Shown here one piece after another: positions 47,148 through 56,603 of a DNA stretch of 64,000 nucleotides (its first letter is position 1; each line of letters starts with the position of its first letter). A model generated the notes under the pieces. The model saw only the letters and a list, made by a program, of their open reading frames with translations, made no database searches and was not told the DNA's origin. The stretch is from Bacteroidota bacterium (GTDB lineage Bacteria > Bacteroidota > Bacteroidia > Cytophagales > Spirosomataceae). Both the position numbers and the translations under genes were made by a program. Where the stretch lies: positions 48,522 to 112,521 of the forward strand of contig JAIUOF010000012.1 in assembly GCA_020161355.1 (NCBI GenBank), in the 5' to 3' direction.

Positions 47148-47807
47148 CGCCCCAAAAACTATATGACTGAGATAGATCTCCAGACTTTTGGGGGTTTTTT
47201 CAGGTAGATCCGCCAACCTGGGCAGGTGGTGCATAAAATAATACTGAAAATGTGAAAGCTCGATAAGCGAGCTTGCAAGCGACCGGCAATATTTGAAATC
47301 AGGATTGTGCACCTTAAATACTGCCGCTATCATCTCTACCAGTTCTTTGTAGGGTTCAAAAAGTTTTTGTTTGTTGAGTGATTCTACCTCTTTTGATAAA
47401 AATGCTTTACTGCCTTCTGTAATACAAATTTTGTATAAAGATGACTGATCATATCCTCCAAAAGAAACATCCTGATTGTCTTCCCAAACCAATAAATCGA
47501 TGATTTTTTCAATCTTTTTGTGGGTATCATTTATTTCTCGGATGGCCATCAAAACCTGTAAATGGATATAAGACCAGTATAGCTCCATGATATAAACCAA
47601 AATTTTGTGTTTATTCTCAAAATATCGGTAAATAGTAGCCTCGGTTGATTTAATTTCAAAGGCTAACTTTTTGAAAGTAAAATGCTCATATCCAAGTTCA
47701 CTGATTAGAACTATAGAACTTTTGATTATTTTTTTCCCTATTTCACTACCTTGCGGATCTTTGAGATAGGTGCTGTTTTCAAGTTTCAGTACAACTTCAA
47801 GAGCCAT
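47133..47807 (-). CDS. TetR/AcrR-family transcriptional regulator
   Basis: 224 aa. It has an N-terminal HTH (FTFKKLAFEIKSTEATIYRYFENKHKIL). It is divergent from the ABC/HlyD/TolC operon. Confidence 0.8.
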   Translation of the reverse strand: MALEVVLKLENSTYLKDPQGSEIGKKIIKSSIVLISELGYEHFTFKKLAFEIKSTEATIYRYFENKHKILVYIMELYWSYIHLQVLMAIREINDTHKKIEKIIDLLVWEDNQDVSFGGYDQSSLYKICITEGSKAFLSKEVESLNKQKLFEPYKELVEMIAAVFKVHNPDFKYCRSLASSLIELSHFQYYFMHHLPRLADLPEKTPKSLEIYLSHIVFGALNFR

Positions 47808-47875
47808 TATTTTAAAATATTTTTACAAAATTAATAATATTATTTATATACAAAATAAAAGTTAATGTTTTTTTA

Positions 47876-47894
47876 ATGATAGTAATACTATCAT
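47876..47894. promoter_or_regulatory. Candidate TetR operator (19-bp perfect palindrome)
   Basis: ATGATAGTA-A-TACTATCAT lies in the 127-bp divergent region between the TetR gene (start 47807) and the ABC gene (start 47935). Confidence 0.45.
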
Positions 47895-47934
47895 ATTTAA
47901 AAAATTTATATTAACTTGCATCAAAAATATAGGT

Positions 47935-49566
47935 ATGGCACAGGAAAAGAGTATTACAGTGGCAATCAGCAGGTTGTTGGACTTGCTCAAAAAAGACAAA
48001 AAAGATGTTTATGGGATTTATCTTTTATCGATTTTGGCAGGTATTGTGTCGCTATCATTACCCTTGGGTATTCAGACCATCATAGGATTTGTAATGGCAG
48101 GCTCGTTATCGACCTCTATCATAATTCTGATTGTATTGGTGTTAACCGGTACTTTTTTAAGTGGGTTGCTACAAATCAAACAGCTTGAATTTATCGAAAA
48201 AATCGAACAAAAAATGTTTGTCAGATATGCCCTTGAGTTTGGAAGTAAACTACCTCATCTCAATATTGAAAAGCTTGACAACCATTATTTGCCGGAATTG
48301 GTGAATAGGTTTTTCGATGTCCCCACCTTACAAAAAAGCCTTCACAAATTGTTGGTTGATATACCGGCTGCCTTGTTTCAGATTTTATTAGGTACGATCC
48401 TGCTGTCGTTTTATCATCCGCTTTTTATCGCTTTCGGGATAGTATTGTTATTAATAGTAATTTTTATACTTAAAACCACTTCTGCAAAAGGTTTTGAGAC
48501 CTCACTTTATACCAGTGACTATAAATATAATGTGGCCTCCTGGCTGGAAGATATGGCAAGGAGTATCAAAACTTTTAAATTTGGTAGAGAAAGCAGAATA
48601 AACATAGTAAGAACAGACAAAATAAGTGCAAAATATATCGAGGCCCGCACAAAACATTTTGATATACTTATTATTCAATATTGGAGTTTGGTGGCGTTTA
48701 AATTGCTTATTACAGCCGCTATGCTGATTTTGGGGGTTGCGTTGTTGATCAACCAACAAATCAACATCGGACAGTTTATTGCAGCCGATATTGTGATAAT
48801 TGCCATTATGGCTTCTATTGAAAAGCTCATCGGCAATATGGATCAGGTTTATGAGGCTCTTACAGCGGTGGAAAAACTCAATAAAGTGATTGGTTCTGAA
48901 TTGGAAAAAGGAGGTAGTTTAAAACTTAACACTTCCAATAAGGGGCTTTCGGTTGTTTTTGAGGATGTTTCATTTAGCTATCCTGATACTGGATTGGTGT
49001 TTGAACAGCTCAATTTTGAATTAAATGCCGGACAGTGGATGTTAATTTCCGGTAAATCAGGTTCCGGTAAATCTACTATTCTCCGGTTACTTTCCGGTAC
49101 TTTTTCTGATTTTAAAGGAAAAATATTTGTGGACGGATTGCCTATCAAAAACTATGACCTGAGCAACCTCAGATCCAATATGGGGATGCTATTTGGTCAG
49201 CTTGATTTGTTTTCAGGTACACTTCTCCAAAATATCACTCTGGACAATCCGAGTATTGATTTGGAAAAAGTGAAAGAGATGTCGAGCCTTGTAGGTCTGG
49301 ATTTGTTTGTCAGAGATCAGGAATATGGGTTTGATGCCATGATTGATCCAATGGGGAAAAGGTTGCCAGCTATCGTAAAAAATCAAATTTTGCTCTGCAG
49401 GGCATTGATAATGCCCTCTAAGCTTTATATCCTTGAAGACCCTTTCTGGTGTTTGAAAGATAAAAACACTATTGCAGTAATTAATTATTTAAAAAATTCC
49501 GGAGCCACAGTAGTCATTACGGGCAACAATCAAATTGGTGACTTTGACAAAGTATTGGAATTATAA
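47935..49566 (+). CDS. ABC exporter (fused TMD-NBD, no C39 peptidase domain) with degenerate NBD motifs
   Basis: 543 aa with six TM helices followed by the NBD. Walker A GKSGSGKST is intact. The signature position reads LPAIVKNQ instead of LSGGQ, Walker B reads LYILED, and the H-loop His is absent (VVITGNNQ). Confidence 0.8.
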   Translation: MAQEKSITVAISRLLDLLKKDKKDVYGIYLLSILAGIVSLSLPLGIQTIIGFVMAGSLSTSIIILIVLVLTGTFLSGLLQIKQLEFIEKIEQKMFVRYALEFGSKLPHLNIEKLDNHYLPELVNRFFDVPTLQKSLHKLLVDIPAALFQILLGTILLSFYHPLFIAFGIVLLLIVIFILKTTSAKGFETSLYTSDYKYNVASWLEDMARSIKTFKFGRESRINIVRTDKISAKYIEARTKHFDILIIQYWSLVAFKLLITAAMLILGVALLINQQINIGQFIAADIVIIAIMASIEKLIGNMDQVYEALTAVEKLNKVIGSELEKGGSLKLNTSNKGLSVVFEDVSFSYPDTGLVFEQLNFELNAGQWMLISGKSGSGKSTILRLLSGTFSDFKGKIFVDGLPIKNYDLSNLRSNMGMLFGQLDLFSGTLLQNITLDNPSIDLEKVKEMSSLVGLDLFVRDQEYGFDAMIDPMGKRLPAIVKNQILLCRALIMPSKLYILEDPFWCLKDKNTIAVINYLKNSGATVVITGNNQIGDFDKVLEL

Positions 49567-49572
49567 TTATTA

Positions 49573-50931
49573 ATGATTCAAAAAATGAAGAATTACATAG
49601 AAATAGATCTGGAAAATGAAAGATCCAGTACTGAGCTGATGTCGGTTAGGCAAATCTATAAAATTGGAAAAAATAACGACAAAAAATGGTGGTTTTGGGG
49701 CTCTGTCGCCGTGGCTGCTTTCGTACTGGTTTTGCCCTGGACACAAAATATCAGAGCAAAAGGATTTGTGACGACTTTATTTCAGCAAGATCGTCCGCAA
49801 AATATCAATGCCGTGATTGCGGGGAAAATTGAAAAATGGTATGTAAAAGAAGGTGATTTTGTGAAAAAAGGTGATACGTTGTTGAGATTGGGAGAAGTAA
49901 AGGTGGAGTACTTTGATCCAAGCCTAATTGACCGTACTCGCCAGCAGATTGAAGCCAAAAACCAAAGTATTGAGGCGTATCAGGGCAAAGCAGCAACCGC
50001 TCAGGCTCAAATGGAAGCTTTGGGGAACTCATTAAAGTTAAAACTACAATCTTATGATAATAAAATTGGACAGCAACTACTGAAAATAAAAAGTGACAGT
50101 GCCGATTTTGCTGCAGCTAAAAACGCCCAGATGGCTTACCAGAGGCAATTTGAATCAGCCCAAAATTTGTATGACAGCGGTGCCATATCATTAACTGATT
50201 TTGAGAAAAGACGGGTTACTTTTCAGGAAGGGAAAGCAAAACTCAATGTAACGGAAAACAAATTTTTTCAAAGCAGACAAGAATTAATAAACCTTAAGAT
50301 TGAAAAAAGTCAGACAGAACAGGAATACCGTGATAAAATTTTGAAAACCGAAGGAGACAGATTTGGAAGCATTTCGGCGGCAACCAGTACCGGCTCTGAT
50401 GTTTTTAAACTCGAAAATCAACTTTCAAATTACGACATCAGACGGCAGTTTTATTACATCACGGCTCCTCAGGATGGTCAGGTAACCAAAGTGGCAAAAG
50501 CTGGTATTGGAGAAATCGTCAAGGAAGCTGAAATTTTGGCCGAAATAGTACCTCAGGAAGTCACCAAAGCTGTTGAGTTATATGTAGAGCCACTTGACTT
50601 GCCTTTGTTGTCAAAAGGCCAAAATGTAAGATTTGTGTTTGATGGTTTTCCGGCGATAGTTTTCAGTGGCTGGCCCGAAGGCTCCTATGGTACTTTCGGA
50701 GGGAAAGTGTCAGCAATAGAAACTTCCGTAGCTGATAATGGAAAATTCAGAGTGTTGATAGCCGAAGATCCAAATGAAAAACCCTGGCCTAAGGCATTGA
50801 AGATGGGAGGTGGGGCAAATGGAATTATGCTATTGAAAGACGTTCCAATTTTCTATGAACTTTGGAGAAATATCAACGGCTTCCCTCCTGATTTTTATAA
50901 ATCGGAAACCACCGCAAAAGCAAAGAAATAA
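49573..50931 (+). CDS. HlyD-family membrane fusion (periplasmic adaptor) protein
   Basis: 452 aa. It has an N-terminal TM helix, a lipoyl-like motif (VKEGDFVKKGDTLLRL), a long coiled coil and a beta-barrel domain. Confidence 0.8.
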   Translation: MIQKMKNYIEIDLENERSSTELMSVRQIYKIGKNNDKKWWFWGSVAVAAFVLVLPWTQNIRAKGFVTTLFQQDRPQNINAVIAGKIEKWYVKEGDFVKKGDTLLRLGEVKVEYFDPSLIDRTRQQIEAKNQSIEAYQGKAATAQAQMEALGNSLKLKLQSYDNKIGQQLLKIKSDSADFAAAKNAQMAYQRQFESAQNLYDSGAISLTDFEKRRVTFQEGKAKLNVTENKFFQSRQELINLKIEKSQTEQEYRDKILKTEGDRFGSISAATSTGSDVFKLENQLSNYDIRRQFYYITAPQDGQVTKVAKAGIGEIVKEAEILAEIVPQEVTKAVELYVEPLDLPLLSKGQNVRFVFDGFPAIVFSGWPEGSYGTFGGKVSAIETSVADNGKFRVLIAEDPNEKPWPKALKMGGGANGIMLLKDVPIFYELWRNINGFPPDFYKSETTAKAKK

Positions 50932-51005
50932 AAGTTGAAATAACATTATGGTTTAAGAAAATAGCTTAGATTAAAAGTGTATTTTTTTAAAATATTTGAA
51001 AAAAA

Positions 51006-52397
51006 ATGAAAGCTTTGAAAATAAGAATTTTAATATTCTTCTTATTGATAACAAGTTATGGAATCCATGCACAGGAGGTTTTGACTTATGGAAAATTCAT
51101 TGAGCAGCTGCTTACATTTCACCCGGTGGCAAAGCAGACAGAATTAAGGGTAGGCCAGGCACGGGAAGGAGTAAGAGCGGCAAAGGGTGCTTTTGACCCG
51201 GCGATCGTTTTTGATCATGACCAAAAAGTACTTAAAGACAAACAATATTACAACTACTCCAACGTACAAGCCAATTATCAAACGCCGTTTGCGGTTAAAA
51301 TAAAAGCTGGAATTGATAATTCAGCCGGTAACTATATTAACCCTGAGCTTACCAATGGCAGGTTGGGATATTTCGGTATTGAAATGCCCCTGCTAAAAGG
51401 GCTTTTGATTGATTATAAAAGGGCAGAATTAAAAAATGCAGAAATATTTGTAAACCAAACGGAGCAACAAAAAAGGACATTTCTCAATAATCTGGCTTTG
51501 GAGGCATCAGAAATGTATTGGGAATGGTGGGGAAAATATAGGGTAATGTCAAATCTTATTGAATATCAGACCAATGCAGAAAAACGGCTCAATCTCACCA
51601 AAATATTATTTGAAAACGGCGACAGAGCACTCATAGATACCGTAGAAGCCACTACGCAATTGCAAAATGTGAGATTACAACTTAACCAGGCTATTATTGA
51701 ATATTACAGTGCCGGTATCAACCTGGGAAGATTTATGTGGAATCAGGACGGACTTCCTTATTTTTTATCTGAAAAGACGATTCCTGATACTACTTCCGCA
51801 AATCTCCTGAAATTGGAGTCAAAACTCTTAGCAGGCATTGATCTGAATAACCACCCGGATCTTAGAGACTATGAATTGAAAATTGAAGGCCTGAATGTTT
51901 ATAAAAATTTGAAAAAACAGAGCCTTTTGCCCGAACTCAACCTCAAAGCCAATGTCCTGAGTTCAGAGACATCTGCTTTGAATTTTTTCGGAAATAACAT
52001 CAATGAAAACTATAAACTTGGTGTGGGATTTAAGGTGCCGCTGTTGTTAAGAGAAGCAAGAGGAGAATATCGGATGGCCGAGTTGAAAGTAAGAGAATCA
52101 GTTTCGGCTTTTGACCAAAAAAAGTGGGAAATAAATACTAAAGTTTCGGCATATGATCTTGAAAGAACAAGACTTACGCAGCAGATAAAATTATTGGAAA
52201 ATTTGATTGAGAATAATGAAAAACTTCTGGAAAACGAGGACCTGAAATTTAAACAGGGTGAAAGTAGTCTTTTTTTAATCAACAGCCGCGAAAATAAGAT
52301 TTTGGAAACCATCCAGAAAAAATTTGAAACACAAGTAAAATACAATAAAACCTTGGTGAAACAGCTCTGGGCTGGGGGTATTCTAACCGAAATCTGA
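51006..52397 (+). CDS. TolC-family outer-membrane efflux protein (full-length, two repeats)
   Basis: 463 aa with a signal peptide and two OEP repeats. Confidence 0.8.
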   Translation: MKALKIRILIFFLLITSYGIHAQEVLTYGKFIEQLLTFHPVAKQTELRVGQAREGVRAAKGAFDPAIVFDHDQKVLKDKQYYNYSNVQANYQTPFAVKIKAGIDNSAGNYINPELTNGRLGYFGIEMPLLKGLLIDYKRAELKNAEIFVNQTEQQKRTFLNNLALEASEMYWEWWGKYRVMSNLIEYQTNAEKRLNLTKILFENGDRALIDTVEATTQLQNVRLQLNQAIIEYYSAGINLGRFMWNQDGLPYFLSEKTIPDTTSANLLKLESKLLAGIDLNNHPDLRDYELKIEGLNVYKNLKKQSLLPELNLKANVLSSETSALNFFGNNINENYKLGVGFKVPLLLREARGEYRMAELKVRESVSAFDQKKWEINTKVSAYDLERTRLTQQIKLLENLIENNEKLLENEDLKFKQGESSLFLINSRENKILETIQKKFETQVKYNKTLVKQLWAGGILTEI

Positions 52398-52404
52398 TGA
52401 ATCT

Positions 52405-53208
52405 TCAGGCATTGATTGCCCGAAGGAAGTCGTTTTTCAGAATTGAATTTTCTAAAATAAAATTTTGAAAATCAGTTGTTCCTGAAGCATTCATCATTTT
52501 GCTCATTACATCAATAGAACGCTCTGTGAGATCCTGATCAAATTTATCTTCCGCTCCCAAAAACTTCGTATAGTTTTTAAGAAGTTCATTCATTTTTGAT
52601 TTTGCCTGATTTATAATAAAGCTTTTTATTAAAGTGTAGGCTACCCTTAAGTGTGCCTCATGGGTAAAAATAGCGGGATGCAGGTCACATTTTTCCAACG
52701 ATAGGATAAGATCGGAATCGCTGTAAGTTTCATGCATTTCAAAGAAAATATCTGGTGAAATGATCTTGGGTAAAGCATTTAGGTCGGGCTCAAGCCAGTT
52801 AAATCGCCCTCTAACCGAAAATAACCGCTCTCTGCTATAATGTTCCAGAGCCAGTTGTCGGTCAGTCCATTTCGAGCTTAAAAATTGTGTACATAATTCT
52901 TCAAAATCGGTTATTTCCGGATTTTGTTCAATAAAATGTCTGGAAATAACGACCCAAAACCGGGTGATTGTCTCATGATACCCCGAACTTTCTGAGTTTT
53001 CGGTGCCGGTTTTTTCATTATAGGCTTTAATCTTTTCACGCATCAAATTCAAAGCATTCAAATTTGAGTATGAGAAAGCGTGCCACAGCCCAACCACTAG
53101 GTGTGCTTCGTGGGTCCAGTCAGACTTTGGAAGGGTTTTTTCGTTAAATCCGGATATTATTTGGTTAAAGGTCATTTTTGTGAATAATAGTTTGAAAAAG
53201 ACATTCAA
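52405..53208 (-). CDS. Hypothetical protein with an internally duplicated THEAHL motif
   Basis: 267 aa. DWTHEAHLVVGLW lies at residues 30-42 and IFTHEAHLRVAYT near residue 180. It is the last gene of the thioredoxin/HopJ-like operon. I recognise no family. Confidence 0.5.
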   Translation of the reverse strand: MNVFFKLLFTKMTFNQIISGFNEKTLPKSDWTHEAHLVVGLWHAFSYSNLNALNLMREKIKAYNEKTGTENSESSGYHETITRFWVVISRHFIEQNPEITDFEELCTQFLSSKWTDRQLALEHYSRERLFSVRGRFNWLEPDLNALPKIISPDIFFEMHETYSDSDLILSLEKCDLHPAIFTHEAHLRVAYTLIKSFIINQAKSKMNELLKNYTKFLGAEDKFDQDLTERSIDVMSKMMNASGTTDFQNFILENSILKNDFLRAINA

Positions 53209-53235
53209 AAAGTGAAAGTCGGTAAAAAAGAAATA

Positions 53236-53583
53236 TTACTTTAAAGAAAGAGCAATCCCATCAAAACTTATTCCTTCCCAACCGGAAATCATAAAATTCC
53301 GGATATTCTGGTGGTCGGTACCTTCGGGATTCTTCAATACCTCTATTCGGTAATAATCACCAAAACATGCCAGAGTTTCGGCTTCCGAAAGTTGATTTAA
53401 AAGCCCAAAATAAAATATCTTACAAGAGCCGTTGTTTTGTCCTGAGGCATTAATTTGATCTCCGTTTTTGAATGAAGTAGGTGAAAACAAATAATTTTCA
53501 TCAATAAAAGAAATCACTTCGGCAAATGAAATATTCGCTGGATTGGCTTTTATTTTTGTTATGAAAGTCTCAATTTTTTCCAT
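53236..53583 (-). CDS. HopJ-type (type III effector HopJ family) small protein
   Basis: 115 aa. The pattern ...NNGSCKIFYFG...TLACFGDYYR..VL.NP.GTDHQNIRNFM..GW.GI.F matches my recollection of the HopJ/PF08888 family. Confidence 0.65.
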   Translation of the reverse strand: MEKIETFITKIKANPANISFAEVISFIDENYLFSPTSFKNGDQINASGQNNGSCKIFYFGLLNQLSEAETLACFGDYYRIEVLKNPEGTDHQNIRNFMISGWEGISFDGIALSLK

Positions 53584-53593
53584 TTATCATAGT

Positions 53594-54064
53594 TTACTTC
53601 AATGATTCTTTTATGCTTTTTCCGAGTTTTATCAAATCTGCCGGGGATCTGAATCCCGGACTTTTTTGAAGGACATTTCCATTTTTATCTAAAAAAATCA
53701 GCGTGGGATATCCCATAATTTCAAATTTTTGGGCAAGTTCGGCACCTTCGGGTTGCTCACCATCCAAAGCTACATTGATAAAATTTTGATTAAAAAATTC
53801 ACCTGCACCTTTATCCGTAAAAGTATATTTTTTCAATTGTTTACAAGGTCCGCACCAGGTGGCATAAATATCCATAAAGATCGGTTTGTTATCTTTTTGA
53901 GCTTTTGCAATTGCCTCGGCCCAGGTGCCTTTATGAAATTGAATTCCGCCTTCTGCATCTTCCTGAAAATTCACCGTAGGGTTTCTTAGTTTACTTAAAA
54001 CCCAGAAAGCGAGCAAAGCAAGTGCAATGATAATATTGGTCATCTGTTTTTTTGTTAAATTCAT
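53594..54064 (-). CDS. Membrane-anchored thioredoxin-family protein
   Basis: 156 aa. It has an N-terminal TM anchor and a WCGPCK active site. Confidence 0.8.
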   Translation of the reverse strand: MNLTKKQMTNIIIALALLAFWVLSKLRNPTVNFQEDAEGGIQFHKGTWAEAIAKAQKDNKPIFMDIYATWCGPCKQLKKYTFTDKGAGEFFNQNFINVALDGEQPEGAELAQKFEIMGYPTLIFLDKNGNVLQKSPGFRSPADLIKLGKSIKESLK

Positions 54065-54171
54065 TTCGGATTATTTTTATGTAAAACTATAAAAAAGAAG
54101 GTATAAGTTCATACTAAAAAAATAACCCGACCTAATGGCCGGGTATTTCCGAATAATAGCCTATGATCTAC

Positions 54172-56442
54172 TTACTTTAATACAAAATTTGCTTTTTTAA
54201 CATCGTCAGAATTGGTGCCTACCATCACCTGAAAATCACCTTTTTCTGCCAACCATTTCAAATCAGAATTATAAAACTTGAGGTCTTCTACGCCGATTTC
54301 AAAGTTTACCGTTTTGGTTTCGCCTTTCCTGATTAAAACTTTCTCAAAACCTTTCAATTCTTTCACCGGTCTGGCCACGGAACCTACCAAATCTCTGATA
54401 TACAACTGCACAACTTCTTCACCATCATAGTTTCCCGTGTTTTTTACATCAACCGAAACTTTAATTTTCTGATTCTCGGTTATAGACGCTTTGTCAAGCT
54501 TCAGGTCACCGTATTGGAAAGTCGTATAGCTCAAACCATAACCAAACGGATACAGCGGAGTATTGGGTACATCTAGGTAATTGGAGCGAAATTTTTCAAA
54601 TCCCGGCTTGCCACTATGTGGGCGACCAGTGTTTTTGTGATTGTAATAAACCGGAATCTGTCCTTCATTTCTTGGGAAAGAAGCAGTTATTTTACCGGAA
54701 GGATTTACTTTGCCCAATAGTACATCGGTCATTGCATTTCCTGCTTCACTACCCGCAAACCATACGTTCAAGATGGCATCGGCTTGCTGACTTTCGGTCT
54801 CTAATACCAACGGACGACCCGTAAAAATCACCAAAATCAACGGTTTACCCAGTTTTGAAAGCTCAGCAAGAAGTTTTTGTTGATTCTCTGGAAGACCTAT
54901 TTTGGAACGGCTGGAACTTTCCCCCGACATTTCGGCAGATTCGCCCAATGCCAGTACTATGACTTCAGAAGATTTTGCTGCATCAACAGCTTCTTTTAGC
55001 ATGTCTTCATCCGAGCGGTTTTCTCGTCCGGTTGATTTTCCAAAAGGCGAAGCATTGGCATCTAATACGGGATCAGAGTAAATATTTGTTCCCCTGGCCA
55101 TGTTTATTTGGGTTGATTCACCCAAAGCATTTTTCAAACCATCATAAAGTGTCAGGCTGTTACCTCTGTTTTCTGACACTGCCCAGGTACCGCCCATATT
55201 CTCTTTGTTATTAACCAATGGTCCAATCAGAGCAATGCTTTTGGGAGAATTAAGTGGCAAAACATTATTTTTGTTTTTAAGCAAAACAAAAGACTTAGAA
55301 GCTATTTCTCTTGCAAAAGCACGGTTTTCAGCTGTGAAAATCTCATTTTTCGCACGGTTTTCATCACAATATCTGAAAGGATCTTCAAAAAGACCCAAAT
55401 CATATTTAGCTTCGAGAATTAATCGACAAGCACGGTCAATTTCTGCCATCGTTACTTTTTTCTCAGCCAATGATTTTTTCAATGTGGTCAAAAATCCTTC
55501 CCCAACCATATCCATATCTGTACCCGCCGCAAGTGCCTTGTAGGTAACTGTCTGCAAATCACCCAATCCATGGTCAATCATTTCATTGTTTCCGGTGTAA
55601 TCTGTCACCACAAAACCTTTAAAGCCCCATTGTTTGCGTAAAAGGTCGGTCAAAAGCCATTTGTTAGCCGTGGCGGGTATGCCGTCGATTTCGTTGAAAG
55701 AAGCCATGATGGATCCCGCACCTGCATCAAGTGCCGCTTTATATGGAGGAAGGTATTCATTGTACATTCTGATACGGCTCATATCGGTCGTATTATAGTC
55801 GCGTCCGCCTTCAGCCGCCCCATAAAGGGCGAAGTGTTTCACACACGACAGCATGGTGTTGTTGGCCTTTAGGTTCTTGCCCTGGTATCCTTTTACCATC
55901 GCAGCAGCGATTTTTGAGCCTAAAAAAGCATCTTCGCCTGAGCCCTCGGCTATACGACCCCAGCGTGGGTCTCGGGCGATATCGACCATTGGAGAAAATG
56001 TCCAACAAATACCATCGGCAGTGGCTTCCTGAGCCGCAATTCTGGCCGATTTTTCAACTAAAGACATGTCCCATGTGGCAGAAATCCCAAGTGGAATAGG
56101 GAAGGTGGTTCTATAGCCATGAATCACATCCATACCGATGATAACCGGGATTTTCAATCGGCTTTTCATGGCCAATTCCTGTACTTTTCTTATTTTTTGT
56201 GGAGTTGAAATACTAAAAAGGCCTCCAATTTTACCTGCCACAATTTTAGATTCCACGTCGGTGCTCACGGCTGTTCCTGTTGTAGCCTCGCCACCGGTTA
56301 GTAAGTTAAGCTGACCAATTTTTTCATCAATAGTCATTTTGGTCATCAAATTTTTTATGAACACATCTCTTTTAGTGTTTTGGGCGTTTGTCGCACCCAT
56401 TACCAATGTAAGTAACAACACCAGCAAAAAATTATTTTTCAT
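54172..56442 (-). CDS. bglX: Glycoside hydrolase family 3 beta-glucosidase (BglX-like), periplasmic
   Basis: 756 aa with a signal peptide. It has the GH3 N-domain (GFVVTDY nucleophile region), the C-domain and a fibronectin-like tail. Confidence 0.9.
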   Translation of the reverse strand: MKNNFLLVLLLTLVMGATNAQNTKRDVFIKNLMTKMTIDEKIGQLNLLTGGEATTGTAVSTDVESKIVAGKIGGLFSISTPQKIRKVQELAMKSRLKIPVIIGMDVIHGYRTTFPIPLGISATWDMSLVEKSARIAAQEATADGICWTFSPMVDIARDPRWGRIAEGSGEDAFLGSKIAAAMVKGYQGKNLKANNTMLSCVKHFALYGAAEGGRDYNTTDMSRIRMYNEYLPPYKAALDAGAGSIMASFNEIDGIPATANKWLLTDLLRKQWGFKGFVVTDYTGNNEMIDHGLGDLQTVTYKALAAGTDMDMVGEGFLTTLKKSLAEKKVTMAEIDRACRLILEAKYDLGLFEDPFRYCDENRAKNEIFTAENRAFAREIASKSFVLLKNKNNVLPLNSPKSIALIGPLVNNKENMGGTWAVSENRGNSLTLYDGLKNALGESTQINMARGTNIYSDPVLDANASPFGKSTGRENRSDEDMLKEAVDAAKSSEVIVLALGESAEMSGESSSRSKIGLPENQQKLLAELSKLGKPLILVIFTGRPLVLETESQQADAILNVWFAGSEAGNAMTDVLLGKVNPSGKITASFPRNEGQIPVYYNHKNTGRPHSGKPGFEKFRSNYLDVPNTPLYPFGYGLSYTTFQYGDLKLDKASITENQKIKVSVDVKNTGNYDGEEVVQLYIRDLVGSVARPVKELKGFEKVLIRKGETKTVNFEIGVEDLKFYNSDLKWLAEKGDFQVMVGTNSDDVKKANFVLK

Positions 56443-56603
56443 TTTATTAAGGTTTTAAATTATAACCAATGGCCTATTTTTCACAGGACTCAATAATTAT
56501 TACAAATTTAAAATTCTTATTGGTTTTAGTTTAATTTTGCCGTACATCAATACTACATCAAAACCATAGTAATTAATTGTTTTTATTTGAAAAAGGATAC
56601 ATC

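Noticed and set aside
47916-48188. A 90-aa ORF with a TTG start overlapping the 5' end of the ABC exporter gene
   Set aside because: It is out of frame with a 543-aa ORF that has clear TMD-NBD organisation, and it has no independent support.
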